Of a stretch of DNA of 64,000 nt, positions 1-18,371 are shown in pieces (the first letter of the stretch is position 1; each line of letters begins with the position of its first letter). Under the pieces are notes generated by a model. It was not told the origin of the DNA and searched no databases. It was given only the letters and a program-made list of their open reading frames with translations. The position numbers and the translations under genes were made by a program. The DNA is from an uncultured Christensenellaceae bacterium (lineage in GTDB: Bacteria; Bacillota; Clostridia; Christensenellales; Borkfalkiaceae): NCBI GenBank assembly GCA_910588465.1, contig CAJUOP010000007.1, positions 20,462 to 84,461 on the forward strand, written 5' to 3'.

Positions 1-422
1 ATGGCATCCTTTAACGCCGCGATCAGCGCCGATGAGAGCACCTCGTCCGCGCCCTCCTTTTCCTCCGCCTTCACCACGTCGGGCAAGCGCAGAAAAAAGG
101 AAACGGAGGTATCGTCCGTAAGCGCGGGAACGGCGGATTTTATTTCCTTTGCGGCGTTCGCATACGCCTTTACCGCGCCCGTATCCACGTAAAAGCTTTT
201 CGCAGCCTCGCGCTTATCCGTAAAGGACACGAACACGTCGATATGTCCGCGCGAAACACGCTCGCGGAGAACGGAGCGAATTTGCTCTTCGTAACCGAGA
301 AAAACTCTGGGGCACTTTACGCTAAGGTCCAAAAAGCGGTTGTTCACCGACTTTAACTCGACCGTAAGCTCCACGCCGTCCGCGCGATATTCGCCCTTGC
401 CGTACCCCGTCATGCTAAACAT
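1..422 (-). CDS. YicC-family stress-induced protein / endoribonuclease, N-terminal part (gene continues past the left edge)
   Basis: I translated the minus strand from the ATG at 422-420 and obtained MFSMTGYGKGEYRADGVELTVELKSVNNRFLDLSVKCPRVFLGYEEQIRSVLRERVSRGHIDVFVSF... This is the typical YicC N-terminus (SMTGYG, KSVNxRFLD). A GGGGG Shine-Dalgarno (SD)-like run lies just upstream. The ORF is absent from the track because it has no stop inside the window. Confidence 0.7.
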   Translation of the reverse strand, partial: MFSMTGYGKGEYRADGVELTVELKSVNNRFLDLSVKCPRVFLGYEEQIRSVLRERVSRGHIDVFVSFTDKREAAKSFYVDTGAVKAYANAAKEIKSAVPALTDDTSVSFFLRLPDVVKAEEKEGADEVLSSALIAALKDA

Positions 423-496
423 AAAACCCCCGTCAAAGCGGAAATCCCCGCGCGCAAACTATTACGTATAAATTATATCACAGCGGCGAAAAAATT

Positions 497-2446
<1,950 letters not shown>

Positions 2447-2453
2447 TTAACCC

Positions 2454-4766
2454 TCAGTCGAGTATTTCAAGCGGGGCGAGCGCCGCCGCCAAGTCCTTAT
2501 TGCCCGCCTTTTCGAAGTGAACGGTAACGATGAGGTTTCCCTCCTGCCCGCGCATGGCAACCACGAATCCGTCGCCGAAGCGCGCGTGCCGCACCCTCGT
2601 CCCTACTTTAAAGCCGTCCACCGCCTTACGCTGGGGGGCGGGTGCGGGCGCCGCGCTCATCGCGCTTCCCGCACGGAACGCGGGTTTTTCGGAGGAGCCT
2701 CCGAACGTGCGCATAGGCGATTCGCTCTCCCTGCTCCCCGAATACGTCCCCACCCGCTTGGGCGCGGAGGAAAAGCCGCCGCCGAAGCTTCCCCTTGCGG
2801 AGTAACCCGAGCCGATGGCATAATTTCCGTAACCGCCGTAAGCGGACACGCGCGGCTGCGTTTTGGGGAGCGGAAGCAGATCCTTTAATTCCTCCACAAA
2901 CTGCGAACGCACGGTAAGCTCGCGCCTGCCGTATAGGTAACGGCTCTTGGAACGGGTAAGCCACAGCCTTTGCTTGGCGCGCGTAATGGCGACGTACATC
3001 AGCCTGCGCTCCTCCTCGATCGCCGCCGAATCTCCCACGGCGCGCGAGGTGGGCATTATATTTTCCTCCAACCCGCACAGGAACACGTTTTCGAATTCCA
3101 GCCCCTTCACCGCGTGAATGGTGGCGATCGTCACGTAGTCGCCGTCGTCCATCTCGTCCGTGTCCGAATAGAGCGTGATTTGCTGTAAATAATCGGAAAG
3201 GGTCGCGTCCGCGTTCATGCGAACGAATTCGTCTACGGAATTCTGAAATTCGTCGATGTTCGCGCGGCGGGAAACGCTTTCGTCCGAATCGTCGGCGTAC
3301 ATCTCGTACATACCCGAGGTCTTTACCAAATAGGAGGTAAGCAGATTCACGGACATATCCTGCGCGCGGATGACCAGATCCTTGATAAAGTCGCCGAACG
3401 ATTGCAATTTGGCTTTGGTCCCCGCGTTGAAGGGAAGCTGCGCGCTGTCCAGCACGGCGTCGTACAGCGAAAGCTCCTCCCGCTCGGCATATTCCATAAG
3501 CGTTTGCAAGGTCCTCTCGCCGATGCCGCGCTTGGGCACGTTGATCACGCGCAGCACCGCCTCGCTGTCGAACGGATTGGCGCAGATGCGCAGATAGGCG
3601 AGAATGTCTTTCACTTCCTTCCGCTCAAAGAACTTAAAGCCGCCGAATACCTTGTAGCTGATGCCGTATTTGGTAAACTCCTGCTCGTAAGCGCGGGTAA
3701 GCGCGTTTATCCGCATTAAAACCGCGAATTCCGAAAGTCTGTGTCCCTGCCGCACCAGCTCGGAGATGAGCCGCGCCGCATACAGCGCTTCGCCCGTCTC
3801 CTCCTCCGCCTCGTAATATACGGGCGGAACGCCGTCCGCGTTCTCCGTCCAAAGCTCCTTGCCCTTGCGCCGCTTGTTATGCGAAATGGCGGCGTTTGCC
3901 AACGAAAGGATCGCCTTGGTGGAACGGTAATTGCGTTGCAGCTTATAAATTTTCGCGTTGGGATACACGCGTTCGAAGCCTAAAATATTTTCGATTTTCG
4001 CGCCGCGCCAGCCGTAAATGGACTGGTCGTCGTCGCCGACCGCAAACAAATTTCCGTGCACCGAGGCAAGCATACGGATAATTTCGAACTGCACCTCGTT
4101 GGTGTCCTGAAACTCGTCCACGTGAATATAGCGGAATCTGCCCGAAAGATATTCGCGCGCCTCCTTATCTTCCGCCAAAAGATTGCGCGCTTCGGTGAGT
4201 AAATCGTCGAAATCGAGCGCGTTGTTCTGCTTTAAATGGCGTGAATAGGTGCGGTAAACGTTCACGGCGTCCTGCACGTTGCGCTCGTGGGAGTTTCTGC
4301 GCAGATATTCGTCGGGGTCCAGCCCCAGCATTTTGGCGTTGGAGATATGCCACTTTACCGATTTTAACAGTCCCTCATCGTCGGCGAGCCCGCACTCCTT
4401 GAACGCCTGCTTAATCACGGCGGAACGCTCCGTTTCCGAATAAATGGAGAAGTTTTCGTTCAGCCCCCGCTTTTCGGGAAACATTCTTAAAATCTTTACG
4501 CACATGGAGTGAATGGTGCAAACCCACATCTGTTCCGCGTCCGTCATGGCGTTCAGCCGCTCGCGCATTTCGTTGGCGGCTTTGTTGGTAAATGTGATCG
4601 CCAGAATGTTCTGCGGAAGCACGCGCTTTTCCTCGATGAGATAGGCGATACGCGCGGTTAAAACGCGGGTCTTTCCGCTCCCCGCGCCCGCAAGAACCAA
4701 TACCGCGCCCTCGGTATCGAGGACGGGTCCGTTCTGTTCTTCGTTCAGTGACAATAGCTCGTTCAT
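2454..4766 (-). CDS. pcrA: ATP-dependent DNA helicase PcrA/UvrD family
   Basis: 770 aa. It has Walker A GAGSGKT, the DEFQDT motif, YRS, VTIATIHAVKGLEF, and a Gly/Ser-rich linker followed by a C-terminal Tudor-like domain (FKVGTRVRHARFGDG). Confidence 0.9.
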   Translation of the reverse strand: MNELLSLNEEQNGPVLDTEGAVLVLAGAGSGKTRVLTARIAYLIEEKRVLPQNILAITFTNKAANEMRERLNAMTDAEQMWVCTIHSMCVKILRMFPEKRGLNENFSIYSETERSAVIKQAFKECGLADDEGLLKSVKWHISNAKMLGLDPDEYLRRNSHERNVQDAVNVYRTYSRHLKQNNALDFDDLLTEARNLLAEDKEAREYLSGRFRYIHVDEFQDTNEVQFEIIRMLASVHGNLFAVGDDDQSIYGWRGAKIENILGFERVYPNAKIYKLQRNYRSTKAILSLANAAISHNKRRKGKELWTENADGVPPVYYEAEEETGEALYAARLISELVRQGHRLSEFAVLMRINALTRAYEQEFTKYGISYKVFGGFKFFERKEVKDILAYLRICANPFDSEAVLRVINVPKRGIGERTLQTLMEYAEREELSLYDAVLDSAQLPFNAGTKAKLQSFGDFIKDLVIRAQDMSVNLLTSYLVKTSGMYEMYADDSDESVSRRANIDEFQNSVDEFVRMNADATLSDYLQQITLYSDTDEMDDGDYVTIATIHAVKGLEFENVFLCGLEENIMPTSRAVGDSAAIEEERRLMYVAITRAKQRLWLTRSKSRYLYGRRELTVRSQFVEELKDLLPLPKTQPRVSAYGGYGNYAIGSGYSARGSFGGGFSSAPKRVGTYSGSRESESPMRTFGGSSEKPAFRAGSAMSAAPAPAPQRKAVDGFKVGTRVRHARFGDGFVVAMRGQEGNLIVTVHFEKAGNKDLAAALAPLEILD

Positions 4767-4835
4767 ACGCGGATATTATATCATATCCGAGGCGAAATAT
4801 CAAGTTAATGCGCGCACTTTATCGGGCGAAAAAAT

Positions 4836-5228
4836 TCAAACCCTGCCCTTCCACTCGAATTCGTACTCGCGCTTAAAACGTTCGAGCGCGCGCAGATACT
4901 TTTCGGACAAATCGAGCGTATAGCGCTGCTTGTCCGCATAAGAAAGCGTAGCGTAATACTCCTTGTCCGTCAGCCGTCCGATGGCGTCGGAGACCTCTCC
5001 CTCCGAAAGAAGCAGGTCGCGGACGCGCAAATAAAAATCGTCCTGCACCTCGCCCTTTATCTGCGTGGAGACCTTTTCGGCAAAATACCGTTCCATTTTG
5101 CTTTCGTTAATGCCCTGCTCTTTGGCATGCGCCTTTTCGCTTACCAGCCGTTCCTCGCACTGCTGCCAGAATCCTTTTTTCATGCGTGTTTTCGCCTCTT
5201 TTGCAAGCGTTTTTAACGAACGTTCCAT
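4836..5228 (-). CDS. hypothetical protein (charged, helical, 130 aa)
   Basis: The ORF lies between rpsU and pcrA on the same strand, and its composition looks coding. I recognise no family. Confidence 0.5.
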   Translation of the reverse strand: MERSLKTLAKEAKTRMKKGFWQQCEERLVSEKAHAKEQGINESKMERYFAEKVSTQIKGEVQDDFYLRVRDLLLSEGEVSDAIGRLTDKEYYATLSYADKQRYTLDLSEKYLRALERFKREYEFEWKGRV

Positions 5229-5263
5229 GATAGGACCTCCCGCGTTCTTTCGACAATTTTTGC

Positions 5264-5296
5264 AAAAAAAATCCGCAACTTACCGTTACGGATTTT
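5264..5296 (-). terminator. intrinsic terminator of rpsU
   Basis: The minus strand reads AAAATCCGTAAC-GGTAA-GTTGCGGATTTTTTTT immediately after the rpsU stop. Confidence 0.6.
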
Positions 5297-5299
5297 TCG

Positions 5300-5476
5300 T
5301 TAGTTTCTGCTTCTCTTTCTCGCCGCTTCCGCTTTCTTTCTCTTTTTTACGGAAGGCTTCTCGTAAAATTCTTTCTTGCGAAGATCGCCGATGATGCCGT
5401 CGCGCGAGCATTTTCTTTTAAAACGGCGCAGCGCGCTCTCCAAATTCTCGGTATCGCCAACTTTAATGGTAGACAT
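5300..5476 (-). CDS. rpsU: 30S ribosomal protein S21
   Basis: [48 protein letters not shown] is a canonical S21 sequence. I chose the ATG at 5476 because GGAGGG lies 9 nt upstream. The track start at 5485 is a TTG. Confidence 0.9.
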   Translation of the reverse strand: MSTIKVGDTENLESALRRFKRKCSRDGIIGDLRKKEFYEKPSVKKRKKAEAARKRSRN

Positions 5477-5518
5477 TCTGTTCAACCCTCCTTCGCCGCA
5501 GCACTTAGTAACTATGCC

Positions 5519-5547
5519 ATTATAACAAATGCTTTGTTGTCTGTCAA
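5519..5547 (-). promoter_or_regulatory. sigma-A type promoter of rpsU
   Basis: The minus strand reads TTGACA-17 nt-TATAAT (TTGACAGACAACAAAGCATTTGTTATAAT), a perfect consensus about 40 nt upstream of the start codon. Confidence 0.6.
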
Positions 5548-5592
5548 ATTTTTTACGCGCCGATTCGGATATTTTTCGGAAGAATTTTCAAT

Positions 5593-7956
5593 TTATTTTA
5601 ATATGACCAGCTCGCGCAGCGCGCGGGTGTAAGCAATGTACTTTTCGTTCTCCGTCATATCCTTATCGTAAACGGCGACGGCGGAAAATTCCAGCCCCTT
5701 GCTCTCGAACACGCTCATCAAATTTACTTTCGTCTTACTCAGCTTTCCGTCCGAAAGCGTGTGGTAGCCCTTCTTTTCGAACAGCGGCAGGTGCTCCTCT
5801 TTGGCGATGACCGCTTTTAAACCTTGCTTGTCCTTGAAAAACGAATTCAGCTTTTTTACGGGGAGCTCGGTAACGGGCTCGCCGTGCAGTCCGATCGCGG
5901 ACATCTCCGCGCCCAGCCGCTCGCGTACGAATTCCACGATCTCGTTGGTGTTGCGGTAATTGCGGTTCAGCTCGTAGCGAATCTCCGCCGCCTGCGACCA
6001 ATCATCCACGCCCCGCCAGGGCGTCACGTTCTGTTTTCTGTCGCCGAAAATATTAAAGGCGGCGTCCGTATGGATTTCTCGCAGCAGCGCGTATTCCTGC
6101 GCGGAAATATCTTGTCCTTCGTCGATGAACACCAACCCGTAACGGGGCAGCAGCGTCCTGCCCGCCGAGCACAAAGTGCGGCAGATTGCGTAGCCGTCCG
6201 AGGGATAGACGCCCGTCATTTTGTATTTCTTTTTGATCGGCTTTAAAATTTCGCGGTACAGCCAACGGACGGTATCCGCTCTGTCGCGGCACTTCCCCAG
6301 CTCCGCGGCATACGCCGAGCTCTTTATTACGGCGAAGAACTCGCGGAACAGCTCGTTCCCGCGCCCCATCTCCGCGACGGCGGTGCGGATCTTCGCCGCC
6401 TCCGCGCGCATTTCCTCGCGCTTGGCGATCCTGTCCGGATAGGTGAGCGAATCTCCCTCCCCCGTTCTGCGGCGGTAGCGCTTTAAGTCGGCGATCTCAC
6501 GCGCAAATTGCTCCTCCAGCTCGGCGAGGTCCCGCTCCGCCTGCGCAAAAATTTTCTCCGAATTCAACGCCGCTTCGCGCGCGCTGCGATAGAATTCCGC
6601 GAATCTGCGGAAGAAATAATCGGGCGTGCGCGGCTCCTCGTGCAGCACGAAGCGCAGAAAGTCCTCCGCCTGGGCATATGCCCCGACAAGCGAACGGAAG
6701 GGCTTCGTAAAATAAAATCCGCCCTCCTTATCGTCCTTTAATTCCCCCAGTACGGTACGGCGCACGCGCAAAGACGCGTTTTTCACTTTTACGAACTTAT
6801 CCTGCCGCGCGGCGCAGTCGCACAAAATGCGCTCTGCCAGCTCCCTGCACTCCTCGCCCGCGAACAGTCCGTACAGTCCGTCGTAAATTTTTCCGATTTT
6901 CTTTTTTACGTCCGCGGAGAATCGCGGGGAATAGAGGTAGCTTAAATACGCAATCGGCTCCTTTTCGTCCGTCATGCGGGAGGAAAGGTCGACGCCCTCG
7001 TTCTGCAATACACGGATATAATAATTTTTCAGCGTGACCGTGCGCACCTTTTGCAGCTCGAGCACGGCGGAAAGCTCGTCGATAAAGGAATTAAACGAAT
7101 CGGACGGAGTGATCACGAGCACGTCGCGCGGGCGCAGGCTCTCGTTATTGTACATCAAATAACTCAGTCTGTGCAGCAAAATCATCGTTTTTCCGCTTCC
7201 CGCACAGCCCTGCAACACAAAGCTTTCCCTCTCGGGACGGGTAACGACGGCAAATTGCTGCTCCTGAATGGTCTGAATAATGTCGCGGATCCCCGAATCG
7301 TCCTTGCGGCTCTTGATAATGCTTCTCAAATAAGGATCGAAAAGAATTTCCTCGTCTCTTCCCGCGATCTCCTCTTCACTGAGCACGTCCTTGACCGAAA
7401 GGTATTCGTTTTTGAATCCGATCAGATTTCCGTTTTTCACCGAGAGCGCGCGGCGGAGCACCGCCCGATAATGATAGTCGTTAATGTCGAACGAAACGCG
7501 GCTTTTCTGATAATAGCGCACGGCGAGCGGGGCGCGCCAGTCCACGATCTCTAAATTCACGTCCCCTTTTTTGCCGATATAGTAGCTGTTATATCCCTCT
7601 TTATCGTCCACCGTGTCCATGCGGGCGAAATAGGGCTCGAAAAAGAAGCAGCGGTACTCGTTGAGTTTATGTTTCAAAGCGATAATTTCGGCGTTCTTTT
7701 CGATCGAAGCGCGGTAGTCCGCCGCGGAATAATTCTCGCGCTTTTTTATTTCCTCCAGCTCGGCTTTGGCTGCGGATATCTTCGATTGCAGGCGCGAAAT
7801 ATAAACCGCCTTTAACAGAGCAAGCTGAGCGTTTAAACGGTTTTGCTCGTAGCGGTGCTGTTCCCCTTCGTCGAGAAGGGAAAGATACCACTTTTTATCC
7901 GCTTCGATTTTGGGTGAAACGCTCTGTTTCAGCCGCTCCGTTTTCCGATTTTCCAT
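5593..7956 (-). CDS. helD: HelD-like UvrD-family helicase (RNA polymerase recycling ATPase type)
   Basis: About 787 aa. The N-terminus is a coiled coil, followed by YFARMD...YYIGKKG...VDWRAPLAVRYYQ, which matches B. subtilis HelD YFGRIDF...IYDWRAPISSLYY. It also has Walker A GCAGSGKT, Walker B FIDEGQD, and NYRNT. The start is ambiguous (7956 or 7977). Confidence 0.75.
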   Translation of the reverse strand: MENRKTERLKQSVSPKIEADKKWYLSLLDEGEQHRYEQNRLNAQLALLKAVYISRLQSKISAAKAELEEIKKRENYSAADYRASIEKNAEIIALKHKLNEYRCFFFEPYFARMDTVDDKEGYNSYYIGKKGDVNLEIVDWRAPLAVRYYQKSRVSFDINDYHYRAVLRRALSVKNGNLIGFKNEYLSVKDVLSEEEIAGRDEEILFDPYLRSIIKSRKDDSGIRDIIQTIQEQQFAVVTRPERESFVLQGCAGSGKTMILLHRLSYLMYNNESLRPRDVLVITPSDSFNSFIDELSAVLELQKVRTVTLKNYYIRVLQNEGVDLSSRMTDEKEPIAYLSYLYSPRFSADVKKKIGKIYDGLYGLFAGEECRELAERILCDCAARQDKFVKVKNASLRVRRTVLGELKDDKEGGFYFTKPFRSLVGAYAQAEDFLRFVLHEEPRTPDYFFRRFAEFYRSAREAALNSEKIFAQAERDLAELEEQFAREIADLKRYRRRTGEGDSLTYPDRIAKREEMRAEAAKIRTAVAEMGRGNELFREFFAVIKSSAYAAELGKCRDRADTVRWLYREILKPIKKKYKMTGVYPSDGYAICRTLCSAGRTLLPRYGLVFIDEGQDISAQEYALLREIHTDAAFNIFGDRKQNVTPWRGVDDWSQAAEIRYELNRNYRNTNEIVEFVRERLGAEMSAIGLHGEPVTELPVKKLNSFFKDKQGLKAVIAKEEHLPLFEKKGYHTLSDGKLSKTKVNLMSVFESKGLEFSAVAVYDKDMTENEKYIAYTRALRELVILK

Positions 7957-8020
7957 AATCACTCTTAATAATAGCATATTTCAAGCGAAAAAGATAGAAG
8001 TTTTACAAAATTTTTCCACG

Positions 8021-8048
8021 AAAAAACGCGCTTTCCGCGCGTTTTTTT
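8021..8048. terminator. bidirectional hairpin terminator (ends the ABC operon)
   Basis: The sequence is AAAAAACGCGC-TTTCC-GCGCGTTTTTTT, with A/T runs on both sides. Confidence 0.6.
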
Positions 8049-8058
8049 CTTTCGGTTC

Positions 8059-8961
8059 TTATTTTTTTCTCTTTCGACCGAGCAGCGAGCAAATCAAAAC
8101 GTAAATTCCCGCAAGCACGGCGACGGAAAGCGCAAGCACAAGATAGCACACCCACTCGGGCACGGCGTTTCCGAAAAAGGAAAGCGTACAGTCGAAACCT
8201 CTTCTGATCTCGCCGAGATATTCGGCGGGAATCCCGCCCGCGCCGATCGCCTCGATCGCGCCGCCCATAAAATGCTCGTGCAGCAGCGCGGTGCCGTACG
8301 TTCCGGGAAGCAGCGTAAGCGCGTCGCCCAAACCCTTTGCAAGCGAGGCGATGGGCATATACGCCCCGCATAAAAATCCGTAAGAGGCGGAGACGATCGC
8401 CTCCACCGCCGTGATCGCTCCCTGCGATTTTAAAAACCGACAGACGAGCGAAGAAAACGCCGTACCGAACAGGACGAGCAAAACGACGTCCAGCAAAACG
8501 AGGAATACGTCCGCTGCGCTCAGATACCAGCCCACGGCAGCCAGATAAATAAAGCCGACCGCGACGGCGGCAAAACAAATCATCAGCGTTACGATCGCCG
8601 TGGCAAGATAATAGGAAAGCGCAAGCAGCGATTGGTGCACGGGCGAAACGGCAAAATCGTTCGCGCGCCCCGTCACCTTATCCTGCACCATAACGAGGTT
8701 GGCGGTAAACGCTATGGTGACCGAGCAAACCGCCAGCAGCGACGACATCAGCCACCCGCCCGCAAAGCCTTCGATCAGCTTTTTTTCGAGCTGCGTTCCC
8801 TCGGGCAGAACGCTTAACAGACTGTCGCGGTAAACGTTGCCCAAAAACGCGACGAACAGAAACATTAAAATGAGAGGAGCGATCAGCGAGGAAAAGAACA
8901 GCCCTTTATCCTTGTAAAATATCTTGCAGTTGCGCGCGATGAGATAGCCGAGCGTTTTCAT
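8059..8961 (-). CDS. ABC-2 type transporter permease
   Basis: 300 aa with about 6 hydrophobic helices. It overlaps the upstream ATPase gene by 4 nt (ATGA). Confidence 0.8.
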   Translation of the reverse strand: MKTLGYLIARNCKIFYKDKGLFFSSLIAPLILMFLFVAFLGNVYRDSLLSVLPEGTQLEKKLIEGFAGGWLMSSLLAVCSVTIAFTANLVMVQDKVTGRANDFAVSPVHQSLLALSYYLATAIVTLMICFAAVAVGFIYLAAVGWYLSAADVFLVLLDVVLLVLFGTAFSSLVCRFLKSQGAITAVEAIVSASYGFLCGAYMPIASLAKGLGDALTLLPGTYGTALLHEHFMGGAIEAIGAGGIPAEYLGEIRRGFDCTLSFFGNAVPEWVCYLVLALSVAVLAGIYVLICSLLGRKRKK

Positions 8962-9860
8962 ACCGACTCCCCCTTCTTTCCCGTAACGGCAAGGAACACG
9001 TCGTCCATCTTTCCCTTTACGATCTCGTAATCGGTGAATATCTGCGGGAATTTCACCACAAGCTCGGTCGCCTCCGCGGTGTTCTTTACGCCGAGACGGA
9101 ACGCCCCCGCAATCTGTTCGTAGGGCAGTGCGAGAAGCTTCACCTGCTCTTCGTCCGCGCCGTAAAGGGTGATATAGTCGCCCGCGTAACGGTTTTTCAG
9201 CTCCAACGGAGTGGCGTCCGCCAAAATCTTACCGCCGTCGAGAATTACCACGTTATCCGCGTCGGCGGCTTCCTCCATGTAATGCGTGGTCAAAAACACC
9301 GTCATGTTGCGGTTGCGGCGCAGGGAATGGATAATATCCCACGTGGTTTTGCGCGTTTGCGGATCGAGTCCCGTCGTGGGTTCGTCCAGAACGAGGATAT
9401 CGGGTTCGTGCAGCAGAGCGCGGGCAATGTCCGCCTTTCGCCGTTGACCGCCCGAAAGCTTGCCCACGGGGCGGCGCAACAGCTCTTTGAGTCCGAACAG
9501 CTCCGTCAACTCGTCCAGCCGCTTTGCAAAGGCCTTTCCCGTGATTCCATAAAGCGCGGCGCGGTAACGCAGATTGTCGCGCACGCTGAGCGCGGAGTCG
9601 AGCACGCTGTCCTGAAAGACCACGCCCAACCGCCGCTTGATCGCGTCCAGCTGCGTGTCCACGTTCAGTCCGCCCACCGAGACGCTGCCCGCGTCCCGCG
9701 TCTCTTTTCCGCAGAGAATGGAAATGGTGGTGCTCTTTCCCGCGCCGTTCACGCCGAGAAAGGCGAAAAATTCCCCTTCCGTAACCCGAAAGGAAATATC
9801 GTCCACCGCCTTGATTTCCCCGTAATATTTTTTTAAATGTTCGATTTCGATGATATTCAT
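8958..9860 (-). CDS. ABC transporter ATP-binding protein
   Basis: It has Walker A GVNGAGKST, the signature LSGGQRRK, and Walker B ILVLDEPTTGLD. Confidence 0.9.
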   Translation of the reverse strand: MNIIEIEHLKKYYGEIKAVDDISFRVTEGEFFAFLGVNGAGKSTTISILCGKETRDAGSVSVGGLNVDTQLDAIKRRLGVVFQDSVLDSALSVRDNLRYRAALYGITGKAFAKRLDELTELFGLKELLRRPVGKLSGGQRRKADIARALLHEPDILVLDEPTTGLDPQTRKTTWDIIHSLRRNRNMTVFLTTHYMEEAADADNVVILDGGKILADATPLELKNRYAGDYITLYGADEEQVKLLALPYEQIAGAFRLGVKNTAEATELVVKFPQIFTDYEIVKGKMDDVFLAVTGKKGESV

Positions 9861-9866
9861 GATTTT

Positions 9867-9895
9867 ATTTTATCACATACGCGATCAACCTGCAA
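9867..9895 (-). promoter_or_regulatory. candidate promoter of the ABC operon, apparently giving a leaderless mRNA
   Basis: The minus strand reads TTGCAG-17 nt-(TGA)TAAAAT, and the ATG at 9860 lies 7 nt after the -10 element. There is no SD sequence. Confidence 0.4.
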
Positions 9896-9947
9896 CCGCT
9901 TTACGGTTGCATTTTCGTAAAATCGGCGCAATTTGCGGTTGCGTATA

Positions 9948-9975
9948 AAAACGCACCGCCGAAGCGGTGCGTTTT
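9948..9975 (-). terminator. intrinsic terminator of rpoC
   Basis: The minus strand reads AAACGCACCGC-TTCG-GCGGTGCGTTTTTAT, 3 nt after the rpoC stop. Confidence 0.7.
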
Positions 9976-9977
9976 AT

Positions 9978-13769
<3,792 letters not shown>

Positions 13770-13781
13770 ATTTGCCTCCCT

Positions 13782-17825
<4,044 letters not shown>

Positions 17826-18128
17826 CCGTCAAATAACTCCTTTAAAAAATAGTGTTATCATTTGGCGATTTACCGAGTATATCTTTTCATCGGAAAAAAT
17901 CGAAAATGTCGATAAAAATTGTCCGTCCCCTCTTTACTTTTGCGCTCGGTTGCGCTATAATAGAGGGTGAAAGAAAGAAATTGAAACGAGGCGGAGAAAT
18001 TGCCGAAACGCATACTGCCTCAATTTAAACATAATAATACAGTATGTTATTATAACGGAACGCAAAAAAGATGTCAAACGCTTTTCGGGGCGGTTGACAA
18101 ACTTTTTTTGCAAAACGGAGATTTTTTT

Positions 18129-18371
18129 ATGAGAATAGACAAATTTCTAAAAATTTCGCGCATTTTAAAGCGCAGAACAGTGGCGCAGGATGCAGCAAAC
18201 GCGGGAAAAATCACCGTAAACGGAAGAGAGGCGAAACCCTCTACCCGCGTAAAGGCAGGCGATATTGTAGAGCTCAGCTTTGCTTCGGGCACGCTCCGTT
18301 TTAAGATCCTCGAGATCCGCGAGTTTGTAAAAAAGGACGAGGCGCAATCGCTCTACGAGGTCCTCGTATGA
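18129..18371 (+). CDS. S4-domain RNA-binding protein (RqcP/YabO-like)
   Basis: MRIDKFLKISRILKRRTVAQDAANAGKITVNGREAKPSTRVKAGDIVEL is a typical S4 fold start. I chose the ATG at 18129 because GGAG lies 9 nt upstream. The upstream part of the track ORF looks non-coding. Confidence 0.75.
   Translation: MRIDKFLKISRILKRRTVAQDAANAGKITVNGREAKPSTRVKAGDIVELSFASGTLRFKILEIREFVKKDEAQSLYEVLV

Noticed and set aside
1-192. 63-aa plus-strand ORF at the left edge, from the ORF track
   Set aside because: It is antisense to a well-supported YicC-family reading frame. Its Ser/Ala-rich translation looks like a shadow ORF.
18000-18128. N-terminal extensions suggested by the ORF track (S4 protein 18000, rnc 31436, plsX 32389, CDF 33759, mazF 33723, MFS 40809, rpsP 24318, rpsU 5485, 37797-38690 gene)
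   Set aside because: In each case an internal start has a proper SD and matches the conserved family N-terminus. The extensions overlap promoters or neighbouring genes.
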